Shown: positions 29,389 through 38,701 of the stretch, one piece after another
Position numbering within the stretch: the first letter of the stretch is position 1
Layout of the letters: the number at the start of each line of letters is the position of its first letter
From: an uncultured Gemmatimonadota bacterium
GTDB lineage: Bacteria; JAAXHH01
Direction: 5' to 3'
Length of the DNA stretch: 64,000 nt
NCBI GenBank assembly: GCA_951812955.1
Contig: OX638340.1
Span: 1,152,001-1,216,000 of the forward strand
The notes under the pieces: generated by a model
Database searches by the model: none
The model's input: only the letters and a program-made list of their open reading frames with translations
Told to the model about the DNA's origin: nothing
Position numbers and translations under genes: made by a program

Positions 29389-32181
29389 ATGCCCTTGATT
29401 TACATTCGTGCCATACCCGTGTTCATATGTCTTGTATTGTTCACTCTGACCACCTGCGGCAAGGACAGCCCCACCAGACCGAAGCCGCCAGATCCACCGC
29501 CGCCAGTAGTGCCCGTAGCCACCCGCATTGACATCACTCCGCCTTCTGCCACGTTGAACTCGGTTGGCCAGACTATTCAACTCAACGCAAGAGTCCTGGA
29601 TCAGAACAACGCGCCAATTAGTGGCGCAGCCGTGACATGGACCAGCAGCGACAACGGCGTGGCTACCGTCACCGTCCAGGGGTTGGTAACTGCGGTAAAG
29701 AACGGCACGGCACGGATCACAGCCCGATCAGGTAATATCTCTGCAAATGCGAATGTCACTGTGTTACAGACAGCCGGTAGTATCGTTATCGAATCGGCTA
29801 TGACGACGCTAACAGCCATCGGTCAGACCGTCCAGCTGACGGCGAATGTACTGGATCGTAATGACAAGCCGGTAGCCGGTGCTGTCGTGACCTGGACGAG
29901 CAGCGATGCGTCCGTAGCAACGGTCAACGAACAGGGGTTGGTGACGGCCGTCAAGAGTGGCGGCACACGGATCACGGCACGGTCAGGCAGCGCCTCAGCA
30001 GGCATCACTGTTACGGTAATGCAGTCGGTAGCAAGTATCGTGATAGAGCCTGAGATGGCGACGCTCATGTCGATCGGCGAGACCGTGCAACTCACCGCCA
30101 CCGTTCTAGATCAGAACCGGCAACCAGTAGATGATGCCGTCGTCACCTGGCAGAGCAGCGATGAGGAAGTGGCCACCGTAAGCGCTGCAGGACTCGTTAC
30201 CGCCATCGGCAACGGCATGGCAACTGTCACCGCCAGATCAGGCAACGCCTCGCAGACGGCAACCTTGACTGTGACGATCCTTGATACACGACGCGACCGA
30301 GAAGCCCTTGCCGCACTGTATCATAGTACGGATGGACCGAATTGGACCAACAACACGAACTGGCTGAGCGATGCGCCTCTAGACTCATGGCATGGCATAG
30401 GAACTACCACACTTGGAGAGGTTCAGTATCTGAATTTGGGGGAGAACAATCTCCACGGCATCATCCCACCTGAAATAGGCAAACTTCAAAAACTGACAGT
30501 ACTGGCGCTCTACGGCAATAGTTTGACCGGCAACATCCCGCCCGAAATCGGACAGTTACAGAACCTGACAGATCTTAATCTCGGCGACAACGAGTTGAGC
30601 GGCCCTATCCCCACTGAAATAGGGCAACTTCAAAAACTGACAGGTCTTACTCTCGCCGGCAACCAGTTGAGCGGTCCAATCCCCCCTAATATAGTGCAAT
30701 TGCTGGAACTAAAATTCCTGTGGCTCGGCGGCAACCAGTTGAGCGGTCCTATCCCCACTGAAATAGGGCAACTTCAAAAACTGACAACTCTATGGCTAGG
30801 CGCTAATCAACTGACCGGCAACATCCCGCCCGAAATCGGACAGTTGCGAAACCTTACTGACCTAAATCTTGATTTTAACCAGTTGTCTGGATCCATACCC
30901 CCCTTAATCGGACAACTACAGCATCTGAAATTCCTGCGGCTGAATGGCAACCAGTTGACTGGATCCATTCCGCCCGAAATCGGACAGCTTAGCATGCTTA
31001 GGTTCTTGAACATGGCCTTCAATCCCAATCTTTCGGGGCCATTACCGGTAACAATCACCTCTCTTTCCAACATGGAATCCCTGAGTTTGCACTACACTCA
31101 AGTATGTATTCCTCCTACCGCCCAATTCCAGTCATGGTTAGACGGGATAGAAAACATAAGAGGCGATATTTCTAGCTGTCCAGGGCCAGAGGGACCAGTG
31201 GAACCGGAAGAACCGGAAGAACCGGAAATGCCGCCTCCTGTCGGAGAGCGTCTGGACGTGAGGATTGTTTATTTTGTTCCTGCAAATCATACTGGATACC
31301 CGAACATAGATGCCAAGATAGATTCGTTGGTCAACATCGTCAAATTGACTTATGCGGAGATATTTGAATTTCATGGCTTCGGCGATAGAACCTTTCAGCA
31401 CGAGCAAAATGCGGATGGCACGGCCAGGGTATATCATGTGAAGGGCCAATACGATGGCGAATACTATTCCAGCGAAACATTTTTTAAGGTTATACATACC
31501 GAATTGGAACAGATATTCGATTTAGAATCGAATATTTACTGGGTCGTATTGGATGCTATCGATGCAACTGTAGATGGTTATTGCGGGCAAGGGTATGGTG
31601 ATCTTCCTGAGGGCGGCGCGTTTTTAATACCCGGACCAAACGACTACTGGTTGGAGGATCGCGGGTGGAGTTGTTTCAACCCATCAGTTGCATCCCACGA
31701 AATCGGACATTCCTTTGGTCTAACCCATGACCTGCTCAGAGACGAAGTGCGTGTCGAGTCCTCATATCAAGATGACTGGATGATTACTTCGTATTGTGCC
31801 GCCGAATGGATGTCGGTACATCCATTCTTCACCGGCGAACCAACCACGGGGAATGACAATGAGGGTGAAATAAGTCTAAGGTCGATTTCTGATGCTTCAT
31901 CCGAGACTATCCGCCTGGTTTTCGATGTGAGCGACCCCGATATGCTGCACCAGGCTCAACTTCTTGATAGAAACGGAGAAACGATAGCCTACCGTGGATT
32001 GGAAGGCGAAAGCGCTACCGTTGTGTTTGAAACCGACCAGGTATCCTACGGCGATCAGATCTTGTTACGAACTATAGATAAACGTGCCTTTGTTGTTGAA
32101 GGCAAGTTCATTATAGATCGAGATGGGCCTATAACAGTAAGACAATTACAAACGGGGCGACCCTTCAAGCCACAGTATTAA
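29389..32181 (+). CDS. Surface lipoprotein: 4 x Big_2 Ig-like domains + ~9 plant-type LRRs + C-terminal matrixin-like zinc metalloprotease domain
   Basis: Lipobox LTTCGK and a four-times repeated Big_2 pattern (VATVxxxGLVTAVxxGxARITARSG). There are 24-aa LRRs (LxxNxLxGxIPxEIGQLQxLT) and HEIGHSFGLTHD (HExxHxxGxxH). The start is trimmed to Met 29389. Confidence 0.75.
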   Translation: MPLIYIRAIPVFICLVLFTLTTCGKDSPTRPKPPDPPPPVVPVATRIDITPPSATLNSVGQTIQLNARVLDQNNAPISGAAVTWTSSDNGVATVTVQGLVTAVKNGTARITARSGNISANANVTVLQTAGSIVIESAMTTLTAIGQTVQLTANVLDRNDKPVAGAVVTWTSSDASVATVNEQGLVTAVKSGGTRITARSGSASAGITVTVMQSVASIVIEPEMATLMSIGETVQLTATVLDQNRQPVDDAVVTWQSSDEEVATVSAAGLVTAIGNGMATVTARSGNASQTATLTVTILDTRRDREALAALYHSTDGPNWTNNTNWLSDAPLDSWHGIGTTTLGEVQYLNLGENNLHGIIPPEIGKLQKLTVLALYGNSLTGNIPPEIGQLQNLTDLNLGDNELSGPIPTEIGQLQKLTGLTLAGNQLSGPIPPNIVQLLELKFLWLGGNQLSGPIPTEIGQLQKLTTLWLGANQLTGNIPPEIGQLRNLTDLNLDFNQLSGSIPPLIGQLQHLKFLRLNGNQLTGSIPPEIGQLSMLRFLNMAFNPNLSGPLPVTITSLSNMESLSLHYTQVCIPPTAQFQSWLDGIENIRGDISSCPGPEGPVEPEEPEEPEMPPPVGERLDVRIVYFVPANHTGYPNIDAKIDSLVNIVKLTYAEIFEFHGFGDRTFQHEQNADGTARVYHVKGQYDGEYYSSETFFKVIHTELEQIFDLESNIYWVVLDAIDATVDGYCGQGYGDLPEGGAFLIPGPNDYWLEDRGWSCFNPSVASHEIGHSFGLTHDLLRDEVRVESSYQDDWMITSYCAAEWMSVHPFFTGEPTTGNDNEGEISLRSISDASSETIRLVFDVSDPDMLHQAQLLDRNGETIAYRGLEGESATVVFETDQVSYGDQILLRTIDKRAFVVEGKFIIDRDGPITVRQLQTGRPFKPQY

Positions 32182-32590
32182 GTCGTAACATCATTTGCTC
32201 GAACGCGGCCGGTGGTGTGTAGCCTAACACTGATGGTAGATCGGACCACATGACAAAGAACCCGGTCTTCGTCGGTGATCCACTCGCTCCAGGACCCCGG
32301 ATAGAGCACGGCGTCACCCAGGCCCGCGTGGGCAATGGCGAGCAGGTTGTGGCAGGCCGAGACCCCTGAACCGCAGTAGTTTATGGCGCGCTCCACGGGG
32401 ATACCTGCGAGCAAACCCTCGTATCTCTGCCTCAGTTCCTCAGGCGCCCGAAAGCATCCGTCTTCCCCGAGATTCTCATCGAAAGACGCGCACCGCGTCG
32501 ACCATTGAGAACCGCGCGTCGATCACGCGCCAGTCCGGATCCCGGTGATGGCGGTGCAGCGTCTGAACGTCGATCAGCGTGGTTTGCATG
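32181..32590 (-). pseudogene. Rhodanese (SseA-like sulfurtransferase) remnant with internal deletion and frameshift, abutted by an IS3 tail fragment
   Basis: The N-terminus ...RVIDARF and C-terminus INYCGSGVSAC...YPGSWSEW are present but about 170 aa of middle are missing. An IS3 C-terminal fragment (LGYTPPAAFEQM) lies at 32190-32237. Confidence 0.5.
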
Positions 32591-32639
32591 GCCGATCCAC
32601 GTGCCGGTGTATTCAGGCTTCTTTACCCGTTCTCTTCGT

Positions 32640-33480
32640 ATGTGAATTGGGAGGTAGCAATATCACTATACTGATGTTACCCCGTTTTCGTGGATGGTTT
32701 ACCATTTGGGATTCAGGCAGTTATCTTGAACCTCCTTTCGAAGTATATAGGTGAGAGGTATCCCCAAGGGAAGAGTGCCTTCTCCGGGTGTTGTAGAAGC
32801 CCGCGATGCACTGGAACTGGGCGAGTCTGGCGTCGGCCCTGGTTCCAAAGCACTTGCGATCGAGCAGTCCGCATTCCAGGCTGGTGAAGAAGCCCTCGCA
32901 CAGGGTATTGTCGTAGCAGTCGCCGACCGAACCCATCGAGGGTCTGACCGCGGCCTGCCTGCATTGATTGCCAATGGCCATCTGGGTGTATTGCAATCCC
33001 TGGCCGCTGTGGTGGATCACCGCGTGGGGTCTGTGCATTCCAAAAGGGTCATGCCGAGGGCGTCTGTGACCAGTTCGCTTCGCAGGTGGTTGGGTATGGG
33101 CCAACGCTTCTCAGGCTGCGGCCGGAACGTACGAGGTCGACCATCTGCTGGCGGAAGGCTGCCAGACAGGGGCCATGTAATTCGGGCAGGGCACGCTCCT
33201 TTCAACAAAAGAAGTTACATGTCCACTAAACCGGGTAAACTCCACCCAATTGGGGTCTTTAATCCCGGTCAAGTTTCTCAGGTTCCAGACCGTTCCCCAA
33301 ACAATTACTTGACGTTAAAAGCTTGCGAACAGTACTATGCAGTTAATCGTACGACTATATCCCCAACAAAGCTGGCAGTATTACCGGCCAACCTACTCTG
33401 TACGGCATTCAATTCGGCTGGATCATCAAATCTAGACCGAAATCTGAAAACGTCAACTTGGCTGATACACATGTTCGGTA
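32640..33480 (-). mobile_element. IS3-family transposase remnant (OrfB with frameshift)
   Basis: HHSGQGLQYT...SMGSVGDCYDNTLCEGFF...FYNTRRRHSSLG is a typical IS3 rve core, with a frame break near the C-terminus. Confidence 0.65.
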
Positions 33481-33516
33481 TCAGCGCCAATTCAACGGAA
33501 TCATGGGAGGCATGAT

Positions 33517-34752
33517 ATGAAATGGCTTATCGGAACAACGGTTGTAGCGTTGTTTCTCACACTGACCGTCGCGTGCGCAAACATGGAAGTGGCTGAGCAG
33601 ACCGATGAAGTGGCCGAAGAGACCGCCTCCGACGCCGTGATGGCGCCGGTATTCGAGGTGGATCCCATGTGGCCGAAGCCGCTTCCCAACCACTGGATCC
33701 TAGGTTCCGCCATCGGCGTGACCGTCGACTCCAACGACAACATCTGGATCATACACCGGGGCAACGGTAATCCGAATACGGAACTGGGCGCCGCGCAGGA
33801 TCCACCCGTGGCCGAATGCTGCATTCCCGCTCCGCCCGTACTCCAATTCAGTCCCGAAGGCGATCTATTGAACCACTGGGGTGGACCGGGTGAAGGATAC
33901 GACTGGCCCGGATCGAATCACGGCATAACCGTAGACCCGATGGGCAATCTGTGGATAGGGGGCAACGGGGGTGACGACGCCCATATCCTGGTCTTCGCAC
34001 AGGACGGCACCTTCCTGAAGCAGTTCGGTTCCCCGGGCGCACGACGGGCCGAATCGTTTGACGAGGCGGACCCGTCATGGTCCGGCAACAGCATGGATCC
34101 CGGGAATTTCGGGCGGGTGGCCAAGATTTCCTTCGACGCCAGCGCGAACGAGGCCTACGTAGCGGACGGCTACCTGAACAAGCGGGTCGCGGTGCTCGAC
34201 ATCGAGACAGGAACCCTGAAGAGGTATTGGGGCGCTTACGGCAACGAGCCGGACGATGCCGATATCGGGCGGTATGATCCGGAAGCTCCGCCTGCCCAGC
34301 AGTTCCGCAATCCAGTCCACGCCGCCGATCCTTCAAACGACGGTCTCGTCTACGTCTGCGACCGCCCGAACAACCGTATCCAGGTATTCCGGACGGATGG
34401 AACCTTCGTGCAGGAGAAAGTCCTCTCCGTCAACACGCTGGGCGCCGGGTCTACCTGGGACGTTGCCTTCTCAAAGGATTCCGAACAAAAGTACGTCTAC
34501 GTGGCCGACGGACAGAATATGAAGGTATACGTGTTGCTCCGGGAGACGATGGAAGTTCTGACCACATTTGGAGCCGGCGGCCGTCAGCCCGGCCAGTTCT
34601 TCGGTACGCACAGCATCGCGACCGATTCGAAGGGCAATATCTACACCACCGAGACCTACGAAGGCAAGCGCGTCCAGAAGTTCACCTACATGGGTGAGGG
34701 CCCTGTCGAGCAAAAAGACCAGGGCGTCATATGGCCTGCCGCATCCCGGTAG
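33517..34752 (+). CDS. NHL-repeat beta-propeller lipoprotein
   Basis: Signal peptide with lipobox Cys and repeated NHL-like blades (YVADxxNxRVxVF). Confidence 0.6.
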   Translation: MKWLIGTTVVALFLTLTVACANMEVAEQTDEVAEETASDAVMAPVFEVDPMWPKPLPNHWILGSAIGVTVDSNDNIWIIHRGNGNPNTELGAAQDPPVAECCIPAPPVLQFSPEGDLLNHWGGPGEGYDWPGSNHGITVDPMGNLWIGGNGGDDAHILVFAQDGTFLKQFGSPGARRAESFDEADPSWSGNSMDPGNFGRVAKISFDASANEAYVADGYLNKRVAVLDIETGTLKRYWGAYGNEPDDADIGRYDPEAPPAQQFRNPVHAADPSNDGLVYVCDRPNNRIQVFRTDGTFVQEKVLSVNTLGAGSTWDVAFSKDSEQKYVYVADGQNMKVYVLLRETMEVLTTFGAGGRQPGQFFGTHSIATDSKGNIYTTETYEGKRVQKFTYMGEGPVEQKDQGVIWPAASR

Positions 34753-36128
34753 GAAGGGCCGACGGGGTTTCCCCTCTCCAGGGACGCAGGACGGCGACCA
34801 GCCCGGTTGCCGTCCGCGTCCTGCTGTATCTTGCCTTCACCGGAATCGCGGCCGCCGTATCGTTAACCGGTGCATACGGCCATGACATCCCCAGTGACAT
34901 AACTGTTCGAGCTTTCGTCAAGCCGGAAGGCCAGCGTCTCAGGATGCTCGTGCGCGTACCGCTCGAAGCCATGCTCGACGTGACGTTTCCCCTGTCCGGT
35001 CCCGGCTACCTGGATCTCGCCCGGGCCGACGAATCCCTGAACAACGCGGCCATGCTCTGGATCGGGCAGGAGGTGTCGATTTACGAAAACGGCTCGCGCC
35101 TCTCCTTGCCCGAACTCGCGGCCGTCAGGGCCTCTCTCCCTTCCGACCCATCCTTCCGAACGTACGAATCCGCACTGGCCTCCACCCTTGGACCGCCGCT
35201 TCCTGAAGGCACACAGGTCTATTGGCAACAGGTAATGCTGGATGTGCTGTTCGAATACCGGATCACATCGGACCGGTCGGAGTTTTCAATCCTGCCCGGC
35301 CTGGAAAGACTGGGGATGCGGGTCTCGACGGTACTGCGCTTCCTGCCCGCCGCCGGTGGCGAACGTATCTACCAGTTCACAGGGAATCCCGGCCGTATCA
35401 TGCTCGATCCCCGGTGGCACCAGGCCGCGTTTCGCTTCGTGTGGCAGGGTTTCACCCACATCCTCGACGGCATGGACCACCTCCTGTTCCTGCTGTGCCT
35501 GGTTATCCCCTTTCAAAGGCTGCGCGTACTCGTGATCCTCGTCACCGCCTTCACGATCGCGCACTCGATAACGCTGATCTCTGCCACGCTGGGTCTGACG
35601 CCCGCCGCCCTCTGGTTCGTCCCGCTCGTTGAAACGGTGATCGCGGCCTCTATCGTGTACATGGCGCTGGAGAACATCGTCGCGCCCGGACTGCGCCGGC
35701 GCTGGATGGCCGTGTTCGGATTCGGACTCGTACACGGCTTCGGTTTCGCCTCCGCGCTCCGGGACATGCTGCCCTTCGGCGGGACCCACCTTTTGACCTC
35801 GCTGCTGGCGTTCAACGTGGGCGTCGAACTCGGCCAGCTGCTGGTGATCCTGGTCTGCGTTCCTATACTGAGGGTACTCTACAGGTACATCCCGGGTGAG
35901 GGGACCGGAAGGGCCAGGCCGGTCGGCGCCATCATTCTCTCAGTACTCGTGGGGCATACGGCTTGGCATTGGCTGGTGGAACGAGGCGGAACGCTGTGGG
36001 AATTCGATGTGATGTCCACGTCGCCGGACGGCGCGCTCTATGGGGTGGCGGGACTCCTGGCCCTGATGCTGGTCATCGCCGCACTGGCCGGCTGGGCGCT
36101 TACCCGTCCTGGCCGTCCGCTCGAATGA
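34731..36128 (+). CDS. HupE/UreJ-like membrane protein with N-terminal periplasmic domain
   Basis: HILDGMDHLLF...TIAHSITL...GLVHGFGFA are HupE/UreJ_2-like His-rich TM motifs. The true start is probably downstream of 34731. Confidence 0.5.
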   Translation: MACRIPVGRADGVSPLQGRRTATSPVAVRVLLYLAFTGIAAAVSLTGAYGHDIPSDITVRAFVKPEGQRLRMLVRVPLEAMLDVTFPLSGPGYLDLARADESLNNAAMLWIGQEVSIYENGSRLSLPELAAVRASLPSDPSFRTYESALASTLGPPLPEGTQVYWQQVMLDVLFEYRITSDRSEFSILPGLERLGMRVSTVLRFLPAAGGERIYQFTGNPGRIMLDPRWHQAAFRFVWQGFTHILDGMDHLLFLLCLVIPFQRLRVLVILVTAFTIAHSITLISATLGLTPAALWFVPLVETVIAASIVYMALENIVAPGLRRRWMAVFGFGLVHGFGFASALRDMLPFGGTHLLTSLLAFNVGVELGQLLVILVCVPILRVLYRYIPGEGTGRARPVGAIILSVLVGHTAWHWLVERGGTLWEFDVMSTSPDGALYGVAGLLALMLVIAALAGWALTRPGRPLE

Positions 36129-36699
36129 AGGTCTCGGATAACGCGAATACGCAGGAGCTGCGCTCTCCGCCCAGGCTGGGCTTCCAGATATCGACTTCGT
36201 AGGGATCACCGGCAATCAGATGCCCGTTTAACATGACCTGCGCGGAATGGGCGAAGAACAGGACGGAGAAAACGTCCCATCCTTCCCTGAGTTTCGGCGA
36301 CGGCGCTTCGAGCAGTTCAGGGGACTGCAGGTCGCTCCAGCGGGCAATCACCTGGTCATTGCCCGAGTCGATCGTCCAGGCTGGCGCGTCGAGTACGTTC
36401 CCGCTCCGTGTGAAGGTTGCCTGCCTGATTTCCAATTCCATGTCGTACATGCCGCCCCGGCCGCTCATCCATTCCTGAATGAACGCCGCCATCTCCGGGT
36501 TGTCGGTGCAGATCCCCCGGTACGGTGATCCACCTCCGATCAGGACGAAGGCCACGTTTCCTTCACCGGCCGAACTGTAGTGCGAATGCCAGAGGCTGAC
36601 CATGCCGCTGTTTTCGTCTGCGCCGGGAGGACGCACGTAGTTGATCCAGTGCTGCCCAGTCCAGAACAGCCTACCCGGGTTTACCAGGGACCTTTCCAT
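36100..36699 (-). CDS. Hypothetical protein
   Basis: 199-aa ORF with no recognisable motif. Its 3' end overlaps the HupE-like gene convergently. Confidence 0.35.
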   Translation of the reverse strand: MERSLVNPGRLFWTGQHWINYVRPPGADENSGMVSLWHSHYSSAGEGNVAFVLIGGGSPYRGICTDNPEMAAFIQEWMSGRGGMYDMELEIRQATFTRSGNVLDAPAWTIDSGNDQVIARWSDLQSPELLEAPSPKLREGWDVFSVLFFAHSAQVMLNGHLIAGDPYEVDIWKPSLGGERSSCVFALSETFIRADGQDG

Positions 36700-36762
36700 T
36701 CGTTCACTCCGATCCGTTTTGTCCGTTGTGCCCGCCTTCGTCCCGCTATCCCAATCGGTTTA

Positions 36763-36872
36763 AACTGGCCGGCGCGGTCCCTTGCGTCAAGCGCGAACTG
36801 TGCGACCGGACGGCGCGGAACTTTCCGTCATGCGCAAACTGTCCGACTGGACGGCGCGGTCCCTGCGCAAGG
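36763..36872. repeat. ~41-bp imperfect tandem repeats (x2.5) upstream of tatA
   Basis: GCGCgAACTGTgCGACcGGACGGCGCGG is repeated with a partial third copy. Each unit is followed by TCCCTGCGCAAGG-like sequence. Confidence 0.7.
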
Positions 36873-37013
36873 CTTCTCCGCATTATTCGCTTGCCCGGTA
36901 ACGGCCCGTCCTGTACATTTTCTGCATCCCGCTTTCCTTTCGGGGAGGGACCCCGATACCCGGCCTGTTCGAACAGACGGATCATCGTATTATCATCCCA
37001 GGAGCGCAGCGAC

Positions 37014-37244
37014 ATGATCGGCGATATCGGCATGCAGGAACTGATGGTGATCTTCCTGATCGTACTGCTCCTGTTCGGTGCGGACCGGATTCCTTCTCTT
37101 GCGAGGGGACTGGGTAAAGGTGTGCGGGAATTCAAGCGGGTCGTAAACAATGCGAATACTGAAATCCAACGCGCAATCGACATCGACGAAAAGGAACCGC
37201 CTCCTCGAAAGCCTCCGCCGACAAAGGAATTGGATCGGTCATAG
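37014..37244 (+). CDS. tatA: Twin-arginine translocase subunit TatA/E
   Basis: MIGDIGMQELMVIFLIVLLLFGADRIPSLARGLGKGVREFK is the canonical TatA TM plus amphipathic helix. An AGGAG RBS lies 7 nt upstream. Confidence 0.85.
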   Translation: MIGDIGMQELMVIFLIVLLLFGADRIPSLARGLGKGVREFKRVVNNANTEIQRAIDIDEKEPPPRKPPPTKELDRS

Positions 37245-37286
37245 GGCAACTTTACGATAGACCTGTCGAATGGGCGTGCCGGCCGG

Positions 37287-38675
37287 TTGGCGGTGCGCCC
37301 GTTTTGCATGATCCGAAGTCTGCAGCGCTTTCCACGAATTATGGACATGTCCACAGCTGCCCTTCGTAACGATGTCAGATGCATATTCGACGCAGCGCTA
37401 GAGGCCGTAGATCCAGCGGAGGCGATCCGGCGTCATGTCGTGCGAAAGGGGAACCGCCTGGAAGTCGGCGGCATTTCCTGCGACCTGGACTGGTTCGACC
37501 ACGTATACGTCGTCGGCGCCGGCAAAGCGGGTTCCGTGATGGCCGGCGCCATGGAATCGATTCTCGGAGACCGGCTTACCGGGGGCGTCGTCAACGTCAA
37601 ATACGGCCATACATCGCCTCTGCGTCGCGTGGAATTGGTCGAAGCGGGACATCCCATACCCGACGCGGCCGGGGTGGCCGGTACGAAAACGATCGTCGGA
37701 CTCCTGGAGCAACTCGACGAAGAGGATCTTGTATTCTGTCTGCTTTCTGGTGGGGGATCCGCGCTCCTGCCGTTGCCGGCCGAAGGGGTGACGCTGGAGG
37801 AAAAACAGGCGGTCACGGGCCTGCTGCTGCAATGCGGTGCGACGATCAACGAGACCAACACGGTTCGCAAGCATATCTCGCAGGTAAAGGGTGGACAGTT
37901 GGCCAGACTGGCATCGCCCGCGCGATTGGTGAGCCTGGTGCTTTCGGACGTCATCGGAGATCCGCTCGACATCATCGCGTCGGGCCCCACGGTACCGGAC
38001 GCGAGCACCTATTCCGATTGCATGTCGATTCTGAATAGATATGGCCTGGAGGATGAACTTCCCGATTCGGTGCTAAGCCACTTAAATGCGGGGGTGAAAG
38101 GAACCGAACCTGAAACTCCGGACCCTGGAGACCGGGTCTTCGATCGAACGCATACCGTACTGATCGCCAACAATCGACAGGCGCTCGAATCCGCCCGGAC
38201 CGAGGCAAGTAAAAGGGGCTATAGTCCGCTCGTGCTGTCCAGTTCGATCGATGGAGAGACCCGCGAGATCGCTCGTGTCTACGCGGCCATGGCCCGCGAA
38301 ATCGAACGCCATGGGGATCCTGTCCGGAGTCCGGCATGCGTGATTTCCGGTGGCGAGACCACGGTAACGCTTAAAGGAGACGGAAAGGGCGGACGAAACC
38401 AGGAATTCGTGCTGGCCGCCGTTTCCGGAATCGAAGGACTGGAAAGAACCGTCGTGTTCAGCGCAGGCACGGACGGTACGGACGGTCCAACCGACGCCGC
38501 CGGTGCGGTGGCGGATGGCCGGACGATGGCACGGGCCGCCGAAAAGGGGCTGGACGCCGATGCAAGCCTGGACAACAACGACGCCTATCACTTTTTTGAG
38601 CCGCTGGGCGATCTCGTCATTACAGGACCAACGCATACGAATGTAATGGACCTGCGCCTGTTACTCGTCGGTTAA
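37287..38675 (+). CDS. Glycerate 2-kinase (MOFRL/DUF4147 family)
   Basis: GAGKAG, GGGSALL and MOFRL C-domain motifs. The start is possibly at Met 37341. Confidence 0.75.
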   Translation: MAVRPFCMIRSLQRFPRIMDMSTAALRNDVRCIFDAALEAVDPAEAIRRHVVRKGNRLEVGGISCDLDWFDHVYVVGAGKAGSVMAGAMESILGDRLTGGVVNVKYGHTSPLRRVELVEAGHPIPDAAGVAGTKTIVGLLEQLDEEDLVFCLLSGGGSALLPLPAEGVTLEEKQAVTGLLLQCGATINETNTVRKHISQVKGGQLARLASPARLVSLVLSDVIGDPLDIIASGPTVPDASTYSDCMSILNRYGLEDELPDSVLSHLNAGVKGTEPETPDPGDRVFDRTHTVLIANNRQALESARTEASKRGYSPLVLSSSIDGETREIARVYAAMAREIERHGDPVRSPACVISGGETTVTLKGDGKGGRNQEFVLAAVSGIEGLERTVVFSAGTDGTDGPTDAAGAVADGRTMARAAEKGLDADASLDNNDAYHFFEPLGDLVITGPTHTNVMDLRLLLVG

Positions 38676-38701
38676 GGACCTGAAAAAGGCTGGAGCCGGA
38701 T

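Noticed and set aside
32178-32414. ORF-track 78-aa 'rhodanese' ORF taken as an intact small gene
   Set aside because: Its N-terminal Met is internal to a larger frameshifted rhodanese remnant. Its C-terminal 30 aa are an out-of-frame read of an IS3 tail, so the product is chimeric.
36726-37244. 172-aa ORF extending tatA upstream
   Set aside because: The N-terminal 96 aa read through the tandem repeats and have no RBS. An AGGAG RBS plus ATG at 37014 gives a canonical 76-aa TatA.
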